Assembly: GCA_963675595.2 (NCBI GenBank)
Contig: CAXXLZ010000002.1
Location: forward strand, 1,504,001 to 1,568,000
Source: Thermodesulfobacteriota bacterium
GTDB taxonomy: Bacteria > Desulfobacterota > Desulfarculia > JACQYL01
Length of the DNA stretch: 64,000 bases
Direction: 5' to 3'
The notes beneath the pieces were generated by a model, which saw only the letters and a program-made list of their open reading frames with translations, was not told where the DNA came from and ran no database searches. Below, piece by piece: positions 19,062-30,722 of the stretch. Each line of letters starts with the position of its first letter. The stretch's first letter is position 1. A program made the translations under genes and the position numbers.

Positions 19062-21476
19062 CTACCTGTCCGTGTCGGGCATGACGTAATCCACCGAGCC
19101 GATGACGGCGATGAAATTCGCAATGGGCTCTCCCACGGCCATCAAGGGCATGGCCTGAATGTGGGCGAAATCCGGCGTGCGAATCCGCATGCGATAAGCC
19201 GTGCCGAGGCCGTCGCTCACCACGTAGTAGCCCTGTTCGCCTCGAGCGCTTTCCGTGGTGAGATAAGCCTCGCCTTCGGGAATTCTGGGCCCCCGGGTCA
19301 CATTGATGAAATGATGAATCAACGTCTCGATGTTCTTCAGCGTCTCGTCCTTGCGGGGAATCGCATAACGATAATCGTCGGTCACATATCTTCCCGGAGG
19401 CATTTGGTTGGCGGCTTGCTCGATAATCCTGACGCTTTGTCGCATTTCTTCCATCCGGACCAGATATCGGGCGTAGCAGTCTCCCTCCGAGAAGTAGGGA
19501 ACGTCGAAATCGAACGCTTCATATCCCGAGTAAGGCATCTTCTTCCGAACATCCCATTCCACGCCGCTCCCGCGCAGAACCGGACCCGTAATTCCCCAGT
19601 CCACGGCGTTGTCCCTTGAGAGAACACCCACTTCCCGGGTTCGACGCTCAAAGATCACATTGTGCGTCAGCAGAGACTCGTAGGTCTTGATCCGACCCGG
19701 AAAGACGCGGAGAAAATCGTCCACGGCCTCCTTCCATCCCTCCGGAAGGTCGGCGGCCAATCCCCCCAGACGAAACCAGGCCGGGTGCAGCCGGGCGCCC
19801 GTGATCAGCTCCACAATGTCCATGATTCTTTCGCGGTCGCTTACCGTGTAAAAGATCGGTGTCATGGCGCCCGTGTCGTGGGCGAGTTCTCCAAGCCACA
19901 TGAGATGATTGCTGATGCGAAAGAATTCCGACAGCATCACCCGCACGAATTTCGCGCGATCCGGAACCTCGATACCCGCCAGGGTTTCCACGGAGTTCAC
20001 GTACGACATGTTGTTGGCCACACCGCTCAAATAATCCACCCGATCGGTATAGGGCATGAACTGGTACCAGGACTGACGCTCCCCGATCTTTTCGACGCCT
20101 CGGTGGTGGTAGCCGATGTCCATGTCCATTTCCAAAATCTCTTCGCCCTCGACCCTCAGAATAAAGCGCATCAGGCCGTGAGTGCTCACGTGATGGGGTC
20201 CGATGTTGATCAGGTATTCCTCCTCGTTCCGCGGAGTAAGATACTCGGAAGCATCGAGCGGCTGAAGACTCTCGGCGTCCGCACGCGTGTAGGGCGGCAT
20301 CTCGGTGGCCCGGCCCGGATAGCTCTTACGTAGAGGATGTCCTTCCCAGGCCGGAGGCAGAATCAATCGACGCAGTCGCGGATGGCCTTGGAATCGAATG
20401 CCGAAAAGATCGAACACCTCCCGTTCATACCAGTTCGCGGAAGGCCAAATATCCGTAATGCTCGAGGCGACGGGGTCTTTGCCGGAGAGGGGAACCTTCA
20501 ATCGTACCCTGGAGGCGGAATCGTAGGAGAGCAGATGGTATACCAGTGTGTAGTCCGCATATTTTTCCGGATTGCGGCGGGTTGACTCGTCGATGGCGGT
20601 CAAATCATCGAGGCGGTGAAACCGAGGCGCGGATTCCGTTTTCAGAAAGTGCAGGACTTGTTTGAGCGACGCCTGGTCCACCTGCAGGGTGAGCATGTCG
20701 GACGTGTGCGGCGTGGGTCGTACGGACGACCCGAATTTCTCCTCCAGAGCGCCGGTCAGGCCTCGATCCCGTTCATTGAGCTCGATGCGACGTGCCGGGG
20801 GCGTCCACATCAGTTCGGAGCGGTTCTCCCGGAACAGCGGAGGAGTCACCGCAGTGCCGCGGGGCGGCGTTCCGTAATAACCGGGGCCTCGGGGTTCCCG
20901 CGACTTGGAGACCCCCTCCACAAGAATCTCTTTCCGGCTCCCTTGAGTTCCCCCGGGGAAACGAAGGATGGATCGAAGCGGCCTTTCCTCCTTGATCTTT
21001 TCCTGGAGCAATATCAACCCCTGTTGAAACGCCTCGGGGCGGGGCGGGCATCCCGGGATGTAGACATCCACGGGAAGGATTTGGTCGATTCCCTGGACAA
21101 CGCTGTAGACATCGTACATGCCGCCGCAGTTGGAGCAGGACCCCATGGACATAACCCACTTGGGTTCCGGCATCTGCTCGTAAAGTCGCACAATTACAGG
21201 CGCCATTTTTTTGAAAATGGTGCCCGAAGTGACGAGCAAATCGGCCTCGCGGGGGGTGCCTCGCAGTACCTCGGCTCCGAACCGGCTGATATCGTAACGT
21301 GACGTGTACGTTACCATCTGTTCGATGAAGCAGCAGGAGAGCCCGAAGAACATGGGCCAGAGGCTGTATTTGCGGCACCAGTTGATGAGGTCGTCGATCC
21401 TACGCTCGACGAAATCCTCAACGTTTTCCGTAGGTTTCAGTTCGCCTTCTTCCAATCGAGCGCTCCTTTTCTCCAA
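19062..21476 (-). CDS. nuoBCD: Fused NADH-quinone oxidoreductase subunits B/C/D
   Basis: NuoB (GLSCC, PGCPP), NuoC ([18 protein letters not shown]) and NuoD ([14 protein letters not shown]) in one 804-aa ORF. Confidence 0.95.
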   Translation of the reverse strand: MEKRSARLEEGELKPTENVEDFVERRIDDLINWCRKYSLWPMFFGLSCCFIEQMVTYTSRYDISRFGAEVLRGTPREADLLVTSGTIFKKMAPVIVRLYEQMPEPKWVMSMGSCSNCGGMYDVYSVVQGIDQILPVDVYIPGCPPRPEAFQQGLILLQEKIKEERPLRSILRFPGGTQGSRKEILVEGVSKSREPRGPGYYGTPPRGTAVTPPLFRENRSELMWTPPARRIELNERDRGLTGALEEKFGSSVRPTPHTSDMLTLQVDQASLKQVLHFLKTESAPRFHRLDDLTAIDESTRRNPEKYADYTLVYHLLSYDSASRVRLKVPLSGKDPVASSITDIWPSANWYEREVFDLFGIRFQGHPRLRRLILPPAWEGHPLRKSYPGRATEMPPYTRADAESLQPLDASEYLTPRNEEEYLINIGPHHVSTHGLMRFILRVEGEEILEMDMDIGYHHRGVEKIGERQSWYQFMPYTDRVDYLSGVANNMSYVNSVETLAGIEVPDRAKFVRVMLSEFFRISNHLMWLGELAHDTGAMTPIFYTVSDRERIMDIVELITGARLHPAWFRLGGLAADLPEGWKEAVDDFLRVFPGRIKTYESLLTHNVIFERRTREVGVLSRDNAVDWGITGPVLRGSGVEWDVRKKMPYSGYEAFDFDVPYFSEGDCYARYLVRMEEMRQSVRIIEQAANQMPPGRYVTDDYRYAIPRKDETLKNIETLIHHFINVTRGPRIPEGEAYLTTESARGEQGYYVVSDGLGTAYRMRIRTPDFAHIQAMPLMAVGEPIANFIAVIGSVDYVMPDTDR

Positions 21477-21823
21477 ACATAGAAAAGGCTGAACAACAAC
21501 ACGACAATGAACAAGGTTATCCTGAGATAACCCAACAGACCCAGCTCATCGAAAGCGACGGCCCAGGAAAAAATGAACGCGGCTTCCACATCGAAAATAA
21601 GGAAGAAAATAGCGGTCAAATAAAAGGGAACGGGGTAGCGAAACCAAGCGGAACCCGTCGGAATGACTCCGCATTCGTAGGCACGCCCCTTTTCGAGGCT
21701 GCTGCGCTTCTCGCCGATTCGGCTACAGAGGAAGAGAAGAACCCCCGTTACGGCAACCACCAGAAAAGCATAGGCTGAGAGAGCGAAAACTCCCGGCTCC
21801 CAGGGTGTGAAGGCTCCGGTCAT
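21437..21823 (-). CDS. nuoA: NADH-quinone oxidoreductase subunit A
   Basis: YECG, FLIFDVE, KGALDW. Confidence 0.96.
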   Translation of the reverse strand: MTGAFTPWEPGVFALSAYAFLVVAVTGVLLFLCSRIGEKRSSLEKGRAYECGVIPTGSAWFRYPVPFYLTAIFFLIFDVEAAFIFSWAVAFDELGLLGYLRITLFIVVLLFSLFYVWRKGALDWKKAN

Positions 21824-22093
21824 GCTTCATTTCCTCTATTTGCCGCCTGGCCCGAGGGCTCTTGAGAAAATACCCGTCAGGGACCTATATGTGGCCGACG
21901 ATTGATTTCATTGATCACTGGAAAGCATCTTATTCAGTCAGCATATACCAAGACCGAAGAATGGAAATGCAGTGAATCGCCTATTTCAGCACCCTGAGTC
22001 CTGTATTCAAATTTGACGAATGCGAACGCATTCCCCATCGGTCTCTCTCAATATCTCCGCGGCCCTCTCCTCCGCCTCCATCACCTTCCGCGG

Positions 22094-22237
22094 CGGGCCG
22101 CCCAAAAACAAGACCTGCGGTCTTGCGCTTCATCACTCGTTACCGCGACATACTCACTGTACGACTCGTTCCCCGGGATTCACGCGCATGCAACTCGTTG
22201 TTTTTCAGCAGCCCGCGGCAACCGGCTTTTCTCAAGG
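22094..22237 (-). repeat. Repeat family A, reverse-orientation copy
   Basis: Reverse complement reads CGGGCTGCTGAAAAACAACGAGTTGCATGCGCGTGAATCCCGGGGAACGAG...GATGAAGCGCAAG. Confidence 0.8.
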
Positions 22238-22385
22238 GATTGCCGGGCGTCGGTATCGCCCTAAAACAATACACGGTCGGTTGAAGGATTACATGATGAA
22301 CCCTATTCTACTGGAAGTCGATTCGTAGCATGAAAACCTGGAAGAAGAACCGCCGCCGATTCACTCAAGGTTCGGGAGAAGAGAA

Positions 22386-24194
22386 ATGAAAGACTCACCC
22401 TATCCGCCCATCGGCGATTACGGCTACATCGGAGATTGCCACTCCGCCGCCTTGATCTCCAAGTCCGGATCCATCGATTGGTGCTGCATGCCGAGGATCG
22501 ATTCGTCCAGTTGCTTCGGCCGACTCCTCGATTGGGAAAAAGGGGGATACTGTCAAATCTCCGTCAAAGGGAATTTGACGATATCTCGCAGGTATCTACC
22601 CCGAACCCTGATCCTGGAGACCACCTTTCACGGTGATCATGGTGAAGCTCGCCTGCTTGACTGCTTTACCATGCGGCAAGGAGGAGAACACCATCCTCAC
22701 AAACAAATCCTGAGAATTGTCGAAGGCGTGCAAGGCAGAGTGGAATTCCACCTCAATGTGGTCCCTCGTTTTGATTACGGCGCGGTGAAACCATGGATCC
22801 AGCGATACGGTGAGGAATACTTCAGCGCCATTGGCGGCAGCAACGGCCTTCTGTTCTGCGGCGATTTTCCCATCCACACGACACATCGGCACGATCTGTC
22901 CGGTTCCTGCGTCGTGGAAGAGGGCGAAAGACGTCGCTTCTCCTTTCTTTTCCGAAGGCCGGAAGAACTGGACGAGGGCCTTGTTGAGGTCCCCGACAAG
23001 GAAGAGCTCGACCGCTCCATGGAAGAAACCGTCGCTTGGTGGCACAACTGGTCTTCCCGAACTCGGGCGCAGGGTCCCTTTGCCGAAGCGGCCGCTCGAT
23101 CCGCGATTGTGCTCAAAGGCCTTTCCAACGCCCCAACCGGGGCCATCGCAGCAGCGCCCACCACCTCCCTCCCCGAGGCCATGGGCGGAACAAGAAACTG
23201 GGACTACCGTTTCACCTGGATCCGAGATTCCGCATTCACGGTTCGGTCCCTGGTGGAACTCGGTCATGACCATGAAGCGGACGGTTTTCGGCGTTTTGTG
23301 GAACGAAGCGCCGCCGGCAATGCCGACGAAATCCAGGTGCTTTTCGGCGTGGGAGGCGAACGACGGCTTCAGGAGATGGAAATTGAGTCTCTGGAGGGCT
23401 ACCGGGGTTCCTCCCCGGTCCGTGTGGGTAATGCGGCGGAGAAACAGATTCAGTTGGATGTATATGGCGAGCTTCTGGACCTCGCCTGGCTTTGGCACCG
23501 CAGAGGCCGACGCCCTGACGAGGACTATTGGGATTTCCTGGTCGATCTGGTCAACGCGGCTTCCCGACAGTGGCGACAACCGGACTGCGGTATATGGGAA
23601 ATCCGGTCCGAGCCGAGGCATTTCGTGCAGTCCAAAGCCATGTGCTGGTCGGCGCTGGACAGAGGCATCAGACTGGCGGAAGAACTCGATTTGAGTGCGC
23701 CTGTGGAAGACTGGAAATCCGCCCGCCGTGAGCTTAGACGGGTCATCGATGAAAAAGGCTACAACAAAGAACGAGGGGTGTATATTCAGGCCTTCGACGT
23801 TCCCAAAATGGACTCCGCGCTCTTACTCCTGCCGATTATCGAGTTCATAGACTACAACGACGAACGGATGGTCCGCACCACCGACGCCGTGATGAAAGAC
23901 CTCATGGAAGACGGACTCCTGCGTCGATACCCGCCTGGTGAGGACGGGCTCGAGGGAACGGAAGGCACGTTCCTGGCCTGCTCCTTCTGGCTGGCGGAGT
24001 GTCTGGCGCGTCAGGGGCGTTCCGAAGAAGCCCGCCGGGTCTTCGAACGCGTGCTCTCCGTTGGAAACGATCTCGGCCTCTTTTCGGAGGAGTGCGACCC
24101 CCGGACCGGGGAAATGCTGGGCAATTTCCCCCAAGGGCTGACCCACCTGTCCCTCATTTCAGCCGCACAGACCCTCAATGAAACGTGTCAATGA
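22386..24194 (+). CDS. Glycoside hydrolase family 15 (trehalase/glucoamylase-like)
   Basis: AAPTTSLPE, RNWDYRFTWIRD, GIWEIR, GNFPQGLTH. Confidence 0.93.
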   Translation: MKDSPYPPIGDYGYIGDCHSAALISKSGSIDWCCMPRIDSSSCFGRLLDWEKGGYCQISVKGNLTISRRYLPRTLILETTFHGDHGEARLLDCFTMRQGGEHHPHKQILRIVEGVQGRVEFHLNVVPRFDYGAVKPWIQRYGEEYFSAIGGSNGLLFCGDFPIHTTHRHDLSGSCVVEEGERRRFSFLFRRPEELDEGLVEVPDKEELDRSMEETVAWWHNWSSRTRAQGPFAEAAARSAIVLKGLSNAPTGAIAAAPTTSLPEAMGGTRNWDYRFTWIRDSAFTVRSLVELGHDHEADGFRRFVERSAAGNADEIQVLFGVGGERRLQEMEIESLEGYRGSSPVRVGNAAEKQIQLDVYGELLDLAWLWHRRGRRPDEDYWDFLVDLVNAASRQWRQPDCGIWEIRSEPRHFVQSKAMCWSALDRGIRLAEELDLSAPVEDWKSARRELRRVIDEKGYNKERGVYIQAFDVPKMDSALLLLPIIEFIDYNDERMVRTTDAVMKDLMEDGLLRRYPPGEDGLEGTEGTFLACSFWLAECLARQGRSEEARRVFERVLSVGNDLGLFSEECDPRTGEMLGNFPQGLTHLSLISAAQTLNETCQ

Positions 24195-24211
24195 AGGGTT
24201 TGAAGACACGC

Positions 24212-24232
24212 TCCGCCCCTCACCGGGGCGGA
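24212..24232. terminator. GC hairpin between convergent GH15 and gnd
   Basis: TCCGCCCC-tcacc-GGGGCGGA. Confidence 0.55.
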
Positions 24233-24236
24233 TGTT

Positions 24237-25652
24237 TCATGAGTTCCATTCCGTGTGAAAGGTCCCTTCGTCGTCGATCCGCTCGTACCTGTGGGCGCCG
24301 AAATAGTCCCTCTGAGCCATGATCAGATTGGCCGGCAGTCGAAGGCTTCGGTAGGCGTCATAGTACGCGAGGGCGGACATGTGTCCCGGCACCGGGATGC
24401 CGAGTTCGACTCCGGCCGACACCACGCCGCGGAGGTCTTGTTGACAAGCAGAGAGCTTCTCGACCACATGAGGCGACAGGACCATGTTATCCAGGCCCGG
24501 TTGGGCTCGGAAGGCTTCCCGAATATCTTCCAGCACGCCCGCACGTATGATGCAGCCTCCTCTCCAAATTCGCGCCACCGCCTCCATGTCCAAACCGTAT
24601 TCGTACCTGAGTGAAGCCTGTCTCAGCAGGCTCATTCCCTGGGCATAGGTAAGGAGCACGGCCGCGAACAACCCTTTTTGAAGGCCGTCCGGCAAACTCT
24701 CCGGATGCGCGATCGAGGTCCGAGAAGGCCCTTGGAGAACCTCGGAAGCCTTACGTCGGTCGGCTTGGTAATCCGACAGGTTTCGCATGGTTACCGCGGC
24801 GTCGATGGTGGGCACGGGATTCTGCAGCTCCATGGCGTCCATGGAGGCCCATTTCCCCGTACCCTTCTGTCGCGCCCGATCCATGATCATGTCGACCAGA
24901 GGCCTGCCGGTTCGATCGTCCTTGCGAGCCAACACCTGCGCCGTGATCTCGATGAGGTATCCTTGAAGCTCACCCCGGTTCCATTTCTCATAAATGGAAC
25001 TCAGGCGCTCCGCATCAAAGCCCGGACCCCGACTGAGAAGATCGTAGGTCTCGGCAATAAGCTGCATGATCCCGTATTCTATACCGTTGTGAACCATCTT
25101 GACATAGTGGCCGGCGGATCGGGGACCAAGATAGGCGACACAGGGTTCTCCATTCACCCGTGCCGCGGAAGCTTCGAGAATCGAGCGTATCCGAGTATAC
25201 CCTTCCTCCGATCCGCCCGGCATCAAGCTGGGACCGTGGCGAGCGCCGGACTCCCCTCCCGAGACACCCATACCGAGAAATAGGATTCCTTTTTCCCGCA
25301 GCCTTTCTTCCCTTCTATCGGTGTCTTTGAAATGGGAATTGCCGCAATCGACGACCAGGTCCCCGGGACCGATTACGTCCGGCAGTTCACCGATCACCTC
25401 ATCCACCGCATCGCCCGCGGGGACAAAGATCAGAACGGTCTTCGGACTTTTCAGGGTGTCTGCAAACTCCTTTATGGAATATCCCGGTGTAATTGGGCGG
25501 CCGTTCACCTCTTCCCGGATGAATCGCCGGGTCTTCTCGGTGGTTCTATTGTAGACCCCCACCCGAACGCCTTTGTCGGCCATGTTGAGGGCGAAGTTCT
25601 TGCCCATTACCCCCAGCCCCACCAAGCCGACGTCGCACAAACTGTCGGTCAT
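24237..25652 (-). CDS. gndA: 6-phosphogluconate dehydrogenase, decarboxylating (long form)
   Basis: GLGVMG, YNRT, GVSGGE, VKMVHNGIEYG, QRDYFGAH; ATG at 25652 with RBS. Confidence 0.96.
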   Translation of the reverse strand: MTDSLCDVGLVGLGVMGKNFALNMADKGVRVGVYNRTTEKTRRFIREEVNGRPITPGYSIKEFADTLKSPKTVLIFVPAGDAVDEVIGELPDVIGPGDLVVDCGNSHFKDTDRREERLREKGILFLGMGVSGGESGARHGPSLMPGGSEEGYTRIRSILEASAARVNGEPCVAYLGPRSAGHYVKMVHNGIEYGIMQLIAETYDLLSRGPGFDAERLSSIYEKWNRGELQGYLIEITAQVLARKDDRTGRPLVDMIMDRARQKGTGKWASMDAMELQNPVPTIDAAVTMRNLSDYQADRRKASEVLQGPSRTSIAHPESLPDGLQKGLFAAVLLTYAQGMSLLRQASLRYEYGLDMEAVARIWRGGCIIRAGVLEDIREAFRAQPGLDNMVLSPHVVEKLSACQQDLRGVVSAGVELGIPVPGHMSALAYYDAYRSLRLPANLIMAQRDYFGAHRYERIDDEGTFHTEWNS

Positions 25653-25695
25653 ATTTTCCCCTTTGTCTTTCGTGCACGGTAAAAAGGCCGCTTCT

Positions 25696-28533
25696 TCACG
25701 AAGGCCTACCACCGGCGAACGCTTGTCCTATCGCTTGATTCAGTCGGGCCAATCCCAACCCCACATCGTTTCCCAGGTCGATTCGGAGTATCCGGCGACC
25801 GCGTTTCCGCAACGCCTGAAAATCACCTTGAGCCTGCGCTCGGTTGAAAGCGGAGAACCCGTAAGCCCTTCCCGAAATGGCGCGATCCGATCCGTGTTCC
25901 GCCGTCAGCAGTACAAAGAGACCGGTGTCCGGGCCGCCCTTGTGATATTGGCCGGTGGAATGAAGATATCTCGGGCCATAACCCACCGTGGTCGCGACAT
26001 GGAGATGTTCCTGCAGGTCCCGACAAAGGCATCGAAGGGCGTTTTCCGTGGCCCGCTCTTCGGTGAGATACGCAAGGAACGCCACATAGTCTCCCCGGCG
26101 GGCCTGTGAGAAGAAATGAAAGAGACTCGTCCCGACGCTCGACTCACCGGACCCGCCGTAAAGCGCCAGGGGAGGTTCCGTCAGGGAAGGTTGCTCTTCG
26201 GGAAGGCGTCCCGTCTCTGAAACGACGCGTAGAAGTTCGTTCGTGTTTTCCTTGCTTTCGCGGACGTTGGGCTGGTCGAAAGGATTGATGGTCAGAATGG
26301 CGCCGGCGACGGCAACCGCCGTTTCCCAACGGAAGAATTCTTGACCCAGGTCCTCCCGATCTTCCAGATCGATGGTCACAACCGGCTGGTCGGACTCACG
26401 GATTCGAGACACGGTGCGTTCCAAGATTTCGTCCGGTTCCCGCTTCAATCGCATGTGGACGAATACGCGATCGCTTCCATAGATGGAAGGCCGGGCCGCA
26501 AGCTCGCCCGCCACGGGCAACATACCCTTGCCCTCTTTTCCCGTGCTTTCCGCCAGCAACTGTTCGATCCACATGCCCAGCGGGGACAGGGCATCAGGCA
26601 GCAACAAGGTGATCTTGTCTCTCCCTTGCCGGGCAAGGTGTCCGAGCACCGCCCCCAGGACCAATCCCGGGTTGTCTTCGGCTCTTGCACCCGACCGGCA
26701 CGCGTGCGCCATTCTGAGGGCTCTCAACAGCAGGCCTTCCACATCCAGACCATAAAGGGCGGCGGGCACGAGCCCAAAATAAGACAACGCCGAATAGCGC
26801 CCTCCGATGTCCGGATAGTTCAAAAAAATGCGGCGAAAACTTCGTTCTTGGGCTCGATTCGCGAGAGGACTGGACGGATCCGTGATCACAACAAAATTTT
26901 CTCCCGCCTTGTCGCCCTTGATCTCCTCGACCTTGGAATAGAAAAAATCTCCGAAAGCCAGAGGTTCCGCCGTCGTACCGGACTTGCTGGCTACGATGAA
27001 AAGCGTTTTTTCCAGAGGCGCTTGATCTTCCATTTCCCGGACCGTGGCGGGGTCCGTGGTGTCGAGCACGGAAAGAGGAAGACCATCGGCCCCTTGAGGA
27101 AAAATTCGCTTGAATGCCAACGGCGCCAGGCTGCTCCCACCCATTCCCATGTGTACGACGTGCTGGAACCCGGCATCTTTCACGTCTTTTGCGAAGGCCT
27201 TTAATTCCTTCACATTTCTTGCCATCTTCCCGGCCACATGAAGCCAACCCAAAGCGCCGCGAATCGCGTCACCGGTTTTGGAATCGGCGCTCCACAGTGT
27301 GGGATCCTTTTTCCAAAGGCGTTTACCAAAAGCGCTGGTTTCCAATTGCATCAGCGTTTCGTGAACCCCGTCTCCCAACTCCCCGAGTTCGAGGCTTTGC
27401 GTATTCGGTGCTTCCCGCAAGGCCTCCGCGCGCTTCTCTTCGAGATTCGACATGAGATCGTCATAGGGTTTGTTGAACTTCTCGATTCCTTCGTCTTCCA
27501 GTTGCTGCGTCACCTGATCGAGGTCGATCCCCAGTTCGTCCAGTCGGTCGAGGACTTGGCGGGCTTCCGCAAGGCCCCGCTCCAGCCTGGGAGCCGGATC
27601 ACCGTGGTCCCGATACGCATCGAGCGTTTCCTGAGGCACGGTATTGACCGTCTCCGGACCGATGAGCGCCTCCACATACTTGACGTCGGAGTAATCCGGA
27701 TTCTTGGTGCTCGTGCTGGCCCACAATACTCTCTGCGGCCGAGCTCCCGCCTCACGCAAGGCAAGAAAGCGCTTGCCGCCGAAAATTTCCTTATAAATCG
27801 CGTAAGCCTGTTTGGCTGAGGCGACGGCCACACTGCCGAGCAGGCCCCGCGCCGCCGTCGCTCCGGCCTCGTCTTGTTCGATCGTTTTTTGCAGGAGGGA
27901 ATCCACGAGCACATCGATACGGCTGAGAAAGAAACTGGCCACCGATGCGATGCCCTCAACGGGGACTCCCTTTTCCAGTCCGTCCTCCAAACCCAGGATA
28001 TAGGCTTCCGCAACCTCACGATACCTGGGAAGCCCGAACAGTAACGTCACATTGACGTTGATCCCCTCGCTGATAAGCCGACGGATGCAGGTCAGTCCCT
28101 CTTTGGTGGCGGGGACCTTGATGAACACGTTGGGTCGATCCAATTCGTTCCATAGGCGACGGGCCTCGACGAGAGTTCCTTCCACGTCGCGGGCGAGATG
28201 GGGATTGACTTCGAGACTGACAAATCCCGTCGCTCTCTGCGATTGGTCATAGAACGGCCTTAGGAGATCGGAAGCATCCCGGATGTCCTCGATGGTTAGA
28301 TCGTCATAGATTTCTTCTTTGCTCTTCCCCTGCAAAGCGAGCGCTTTGACGGCGTTGTCATAGTCATGACTTCCCGTGATGGCCTTATCGAAGATACTGG
28401 GATTTGAAGTGATTCCACGGATTCCGTCCCGCTCGATCAGGTCCTTCAATTCACCGGAGGTGATGATCCCGCGACGCAGGTCATCCAACCAGATATTCTG
28501 GCCCAGCTCTCCCAACTTAAGTAACGGATTCAT
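25696..28533 (-). CDS. tal/pgi: Bifunctional transaldolase/glucose-6-phosphate isomerase
   Basis: N-terminal TSNPSIF, IKVP, WASTSTK; C-terminal GMGGS, SKSGTT, IGGRYS, EQLLAESTGK. Confidence 0.93.
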   Translation of the reverse strand: MNPLLKLGELGQNIWLDDLRRGIITSGELKDLIERDGIRGITSNPSIFDKAITGSHDYDNAVKALALQGKSKEEIYDDLTIEDIRDASDLLRPFYDQSQRATGFVSLEVNPHLARDVEGTLVEARRLWNELDRPNVFIKVPATKEGLTCIRRLISEGINVNVTLLFGLPRYREVAEAYILGLEDGLEKGVPVEGIASVASFFLSRIDVLVDSLLQKTIEQDEAGATAARGLLGSVAVASAKQAYAIYKEIFGGKRFLALREAGARPQRVLWASTSTKNPDYSDVKYVEALIGPETVNTVPQETLDAYRDHGDPAPRLERGLAEARQVLDRLDELGIDLDQVTQQLEDEGIEKFNKPYDDLMSNLEEKRAEALREAPNTQSLELGELGDGVHETLMQLETSAFGKRLWKKDPTLWSADSKTGDAIRGALGWLHVAGKMARNVKELKAFAKDVKDAGFQHVVHMGMGGSSLAPLAFKRIFPQGADGLPLSVLDTTDPATVREMEDQAPLEKTLFIVASKSGTTAEPLAFGDFFYSKVEEIKGDKAGENFVVITDPSSPLANRAQERSFRRIFLNYPDIGGRYSALSYFGLVPAALYGLDVEGLLLRALRMAHACRSGARAEDNPGLVLGAVLGHLARQGRDKITLLLPDALSPLGMWIEQLLAESTGKEGKGMLPVAGELAARPSIYGSDRVFVHMRLKREPDEILERTVSRIRESDQPVVTIDLEDREDLGQEFFRWETAVAVAGAILTINPFDQPNVRESKENTNELLRVVSETGRLPEEQPSLTEPPLALYGGSGESSVGTSLFHFFSQARRGDYVAFLAYLTEERATENALRCLCRDLQEHLHVATTVGYGPRYLHSTGQYHKGGPDTGLFVLLTAEHGSDRAISGRAYGFSAFNRAQAQGDFQALRKRGRRILRIDLGNDVGLGLARLNQAIGQAFAGGRPS

Positions 28534-29165
28534 ATTCGGGACTTCCTTTCCTCTTCAAGGATGACGCCTCGGAGCATCATCCGAGTGTCGCCATCCTGGT
28601 GGGTATGTCACCTATTAGATTAGTCCATCCGGATTTTTCCGACATACGTCTCAGGCTGTATTTGAGGGCTGTGCTTGCGGTAGAGCCCTACAGGTTGAAC
28701 GAGCGGGTCGCGAGAGGAAGGTGCGTCCCAATGAGGCGGGCGACGGGTCACGCAGAGACGGACCGGGGCGTCACGATCGGGTCTCGCTCCAAGGAATGTG
28801 CGCGTCGACCTTCAGAGTCGGGTCACGCGAAAGTTGCCTTCAGGCCCGCAAATGGGACTCCCGCGTCAATCCGCTCACACCGCGTGGGACATCCGAGGAA
28901 TACTCCGGGTTTGTTCACCGGATGCACGATAGACCCGATTAACGTTGTCGGCCCGCCGCGATAAAAGAAGCTGATACTCGAGGCATCCGTTCGCCGCCTC
29001 GGTGCGATGAGGAATGCGATCCATTCTCCGTTATCCTGAATGATCCGGATTCCGGAAGGCGGGCTTGCGGTCTTTCACAAAGCGGTAGGTTCTACTCGCC
29101 GTCTGAAGCAAAGACCGCGGAGGCGGATGCGCCGGTACGGCAAGATCACGAAAAGGAGTCAGGCC

Positions 29166-30722
29166 ATGAAATCGAATGTACATCCCGATCCTGCAATTCT
29201 CGTCATTTTCGGCGCTGCAGGGGACCTCGCGCAACGTTATCTCGTACCTGCGCTCCACAGTCTATTTATCGAAGGATTGCTGCCCCGGCAGTTCGAAGTC
29301 CTTGGAATCGGACACGGAGACATGAGCGAAGAGGATTTCCGAGAACATCTGCGTCACGGCGTGGAACGATTCTCCAGGCGCGGCAAGACCGATTCGGAAA
29401 CATGGGACGACTTTGCCGCTCACTTGAACTTCATGAGCGCCGATCTGGACAAAAAGAAAGCCTATACCGACCTGGCCAGAAAACTCTCTTCGCAGGACAA
29501 GTCGTGGAGAACCCAAGGAAACAGAATTTTTTACCTCGCGCTGCCGCCCCGGATGATCGAACCGGTAACTCAGCGACTCGCGGAAGCCGGCCTGAACCGG
29601 GACCGAGCGCGCAGTCGCATTGTGGTGGAAAAGCCTTTTGGACGCGATTTGGCCTCGGCGCGGGAATTGAATCGAATTCTCGCCGAGGTATTCGACGAAT
29701 CACAAATCTTCCGTATTGATCATTACCTGGGGAAGGAAACCGTCCAGAACATCCTCGCCTTCCGGTTCGGCAACACCCTGTTCGAGCCCGTATGGAACAG
29801 ACGCTACATCGATCATGTGCAGATCACCGTTGCGGAGCAGATCGGCGTGGAACACCGGGGCCACTATTACGAAAGCGCCGGAGCGCTTCGGGACATGATC
29901 CAGAGCCATTTGCTCCAGATTCTGTGTCTGGTGGCCATGGAAGCGCCGGTATCCTTGGGGGACGACGAGATTCGGAACAAGAAAGTGGATGTGCTCCATG
30001 CCGTTCGCCCCATTGCATCGGAGCAGATTCATCAGTTTGCGGTGAGCGGGCAATACGGTTCGGGCTGGATCGAAGGTGAGCAGGTACGCTCCTACCGAGA
30101 GGAGCCGAATGTGGATCCTCGCTCCTTCACCGAAACCTTTGCGGCGATTCGGCTCTTTGTCGACACTTGGCGGTGGCAGGGCGTGCCGTTCTACCTAAGG
30201 ACCGGCAAACGTCTGCCGGCCAGAGTCTCGGAAATATCCATTCAGTTCCGTACCGTTCCGCACCAGACGTTCCCACCCACCACGGTCCTGGACCTGCATC
30301 CCAACCGCCTGATCATTGCGATTCAACCGGAGGAAGGCATTCTCCTTCGGTTCGAAACCAAATATCCGGGAGCGACCATGCAGTTGTCCCCCGTGACCAT
30401 GAGGTTCTTTTATAACGAAGTCTTCAAAACGGCTTCGCCGGACGCTTACGAGACACTGCTTCTGGATGTGATGCTGGGGGATCGCACCCTGTTCATGCGG
30501 GGAGACGAAACCGAAGCGGCATGGTCGGTAATTATGCCCATTCTCGAAGTCTGGGAAAGGATGAAGATCACCGACTTTCCGAATTATCAGGCGGGCACGT
30601 GGGGACCGGAGGAAGCGGAGGTACTCATCGCCCAGGACGGGTTCAGTTGGGTCACGCCCACTTTGCTGCGCTGCGACGGCCATGCCGCCTGCGGGGTCAG
30701 CGCGGAACCGGAGACGCTTTAG
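29166..30722 (+). CDS. zwf: Glucose-6-phosphate 1-dehydrogenase
   Basis: FGAAGDL, EKPFG, RIDHYLGKE; ATG at 29166 after AGGAG. Confidence 0.96.
   Translation: MKSNVHPDPAILVIFGAAGDLAQRYLVPALHSLFIEGLLPRQFEVLGIGHGDMSEEDFREHLRHGVERFSRRGKTDSETWDDFAAHLNFMSADLDKKKAYTDLARKLSSQDKSWRTQGNRIFYLALPPRMIEPVTQRLAEAGLNRDRARSRIVVEKPFGRDLASARELNRILAEVFDESQIFRIDHYLGKETVQNILAFRFGNTLFEPVWNRRYIDHVQITVAEQIGVEHRGHYYESAGALRDMIQSHLLQILCLVAMEAPVSLGDDEIRNKKVDVLHAVRPIASEQIHQFAVSGQYGSGWIEGEQVRSYREEPNVDPRSFTETFAAIRLFVDTWRWQGVPFYLRTGKRLPARVSEISIQFRTVPHQTFPPTTVLDLHPNRLIIAIQPEEGILLRFETKYPGATMQLSPVTMRFFYNEVFKTASPDAYETLLLDVMLGDRTLFMRGDETEAAWSVIMPILEVWERMKITDFPNYQAGTWGPEEAEVLIAQDGFSWVTPTLLRCDGHAACGVSAEPETL

Noticed and set aside
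28700-28835. CRISPR-like array
   Set aside because: The shared motif is only about 9 nt, spacing is irregular, and no cas genes are present
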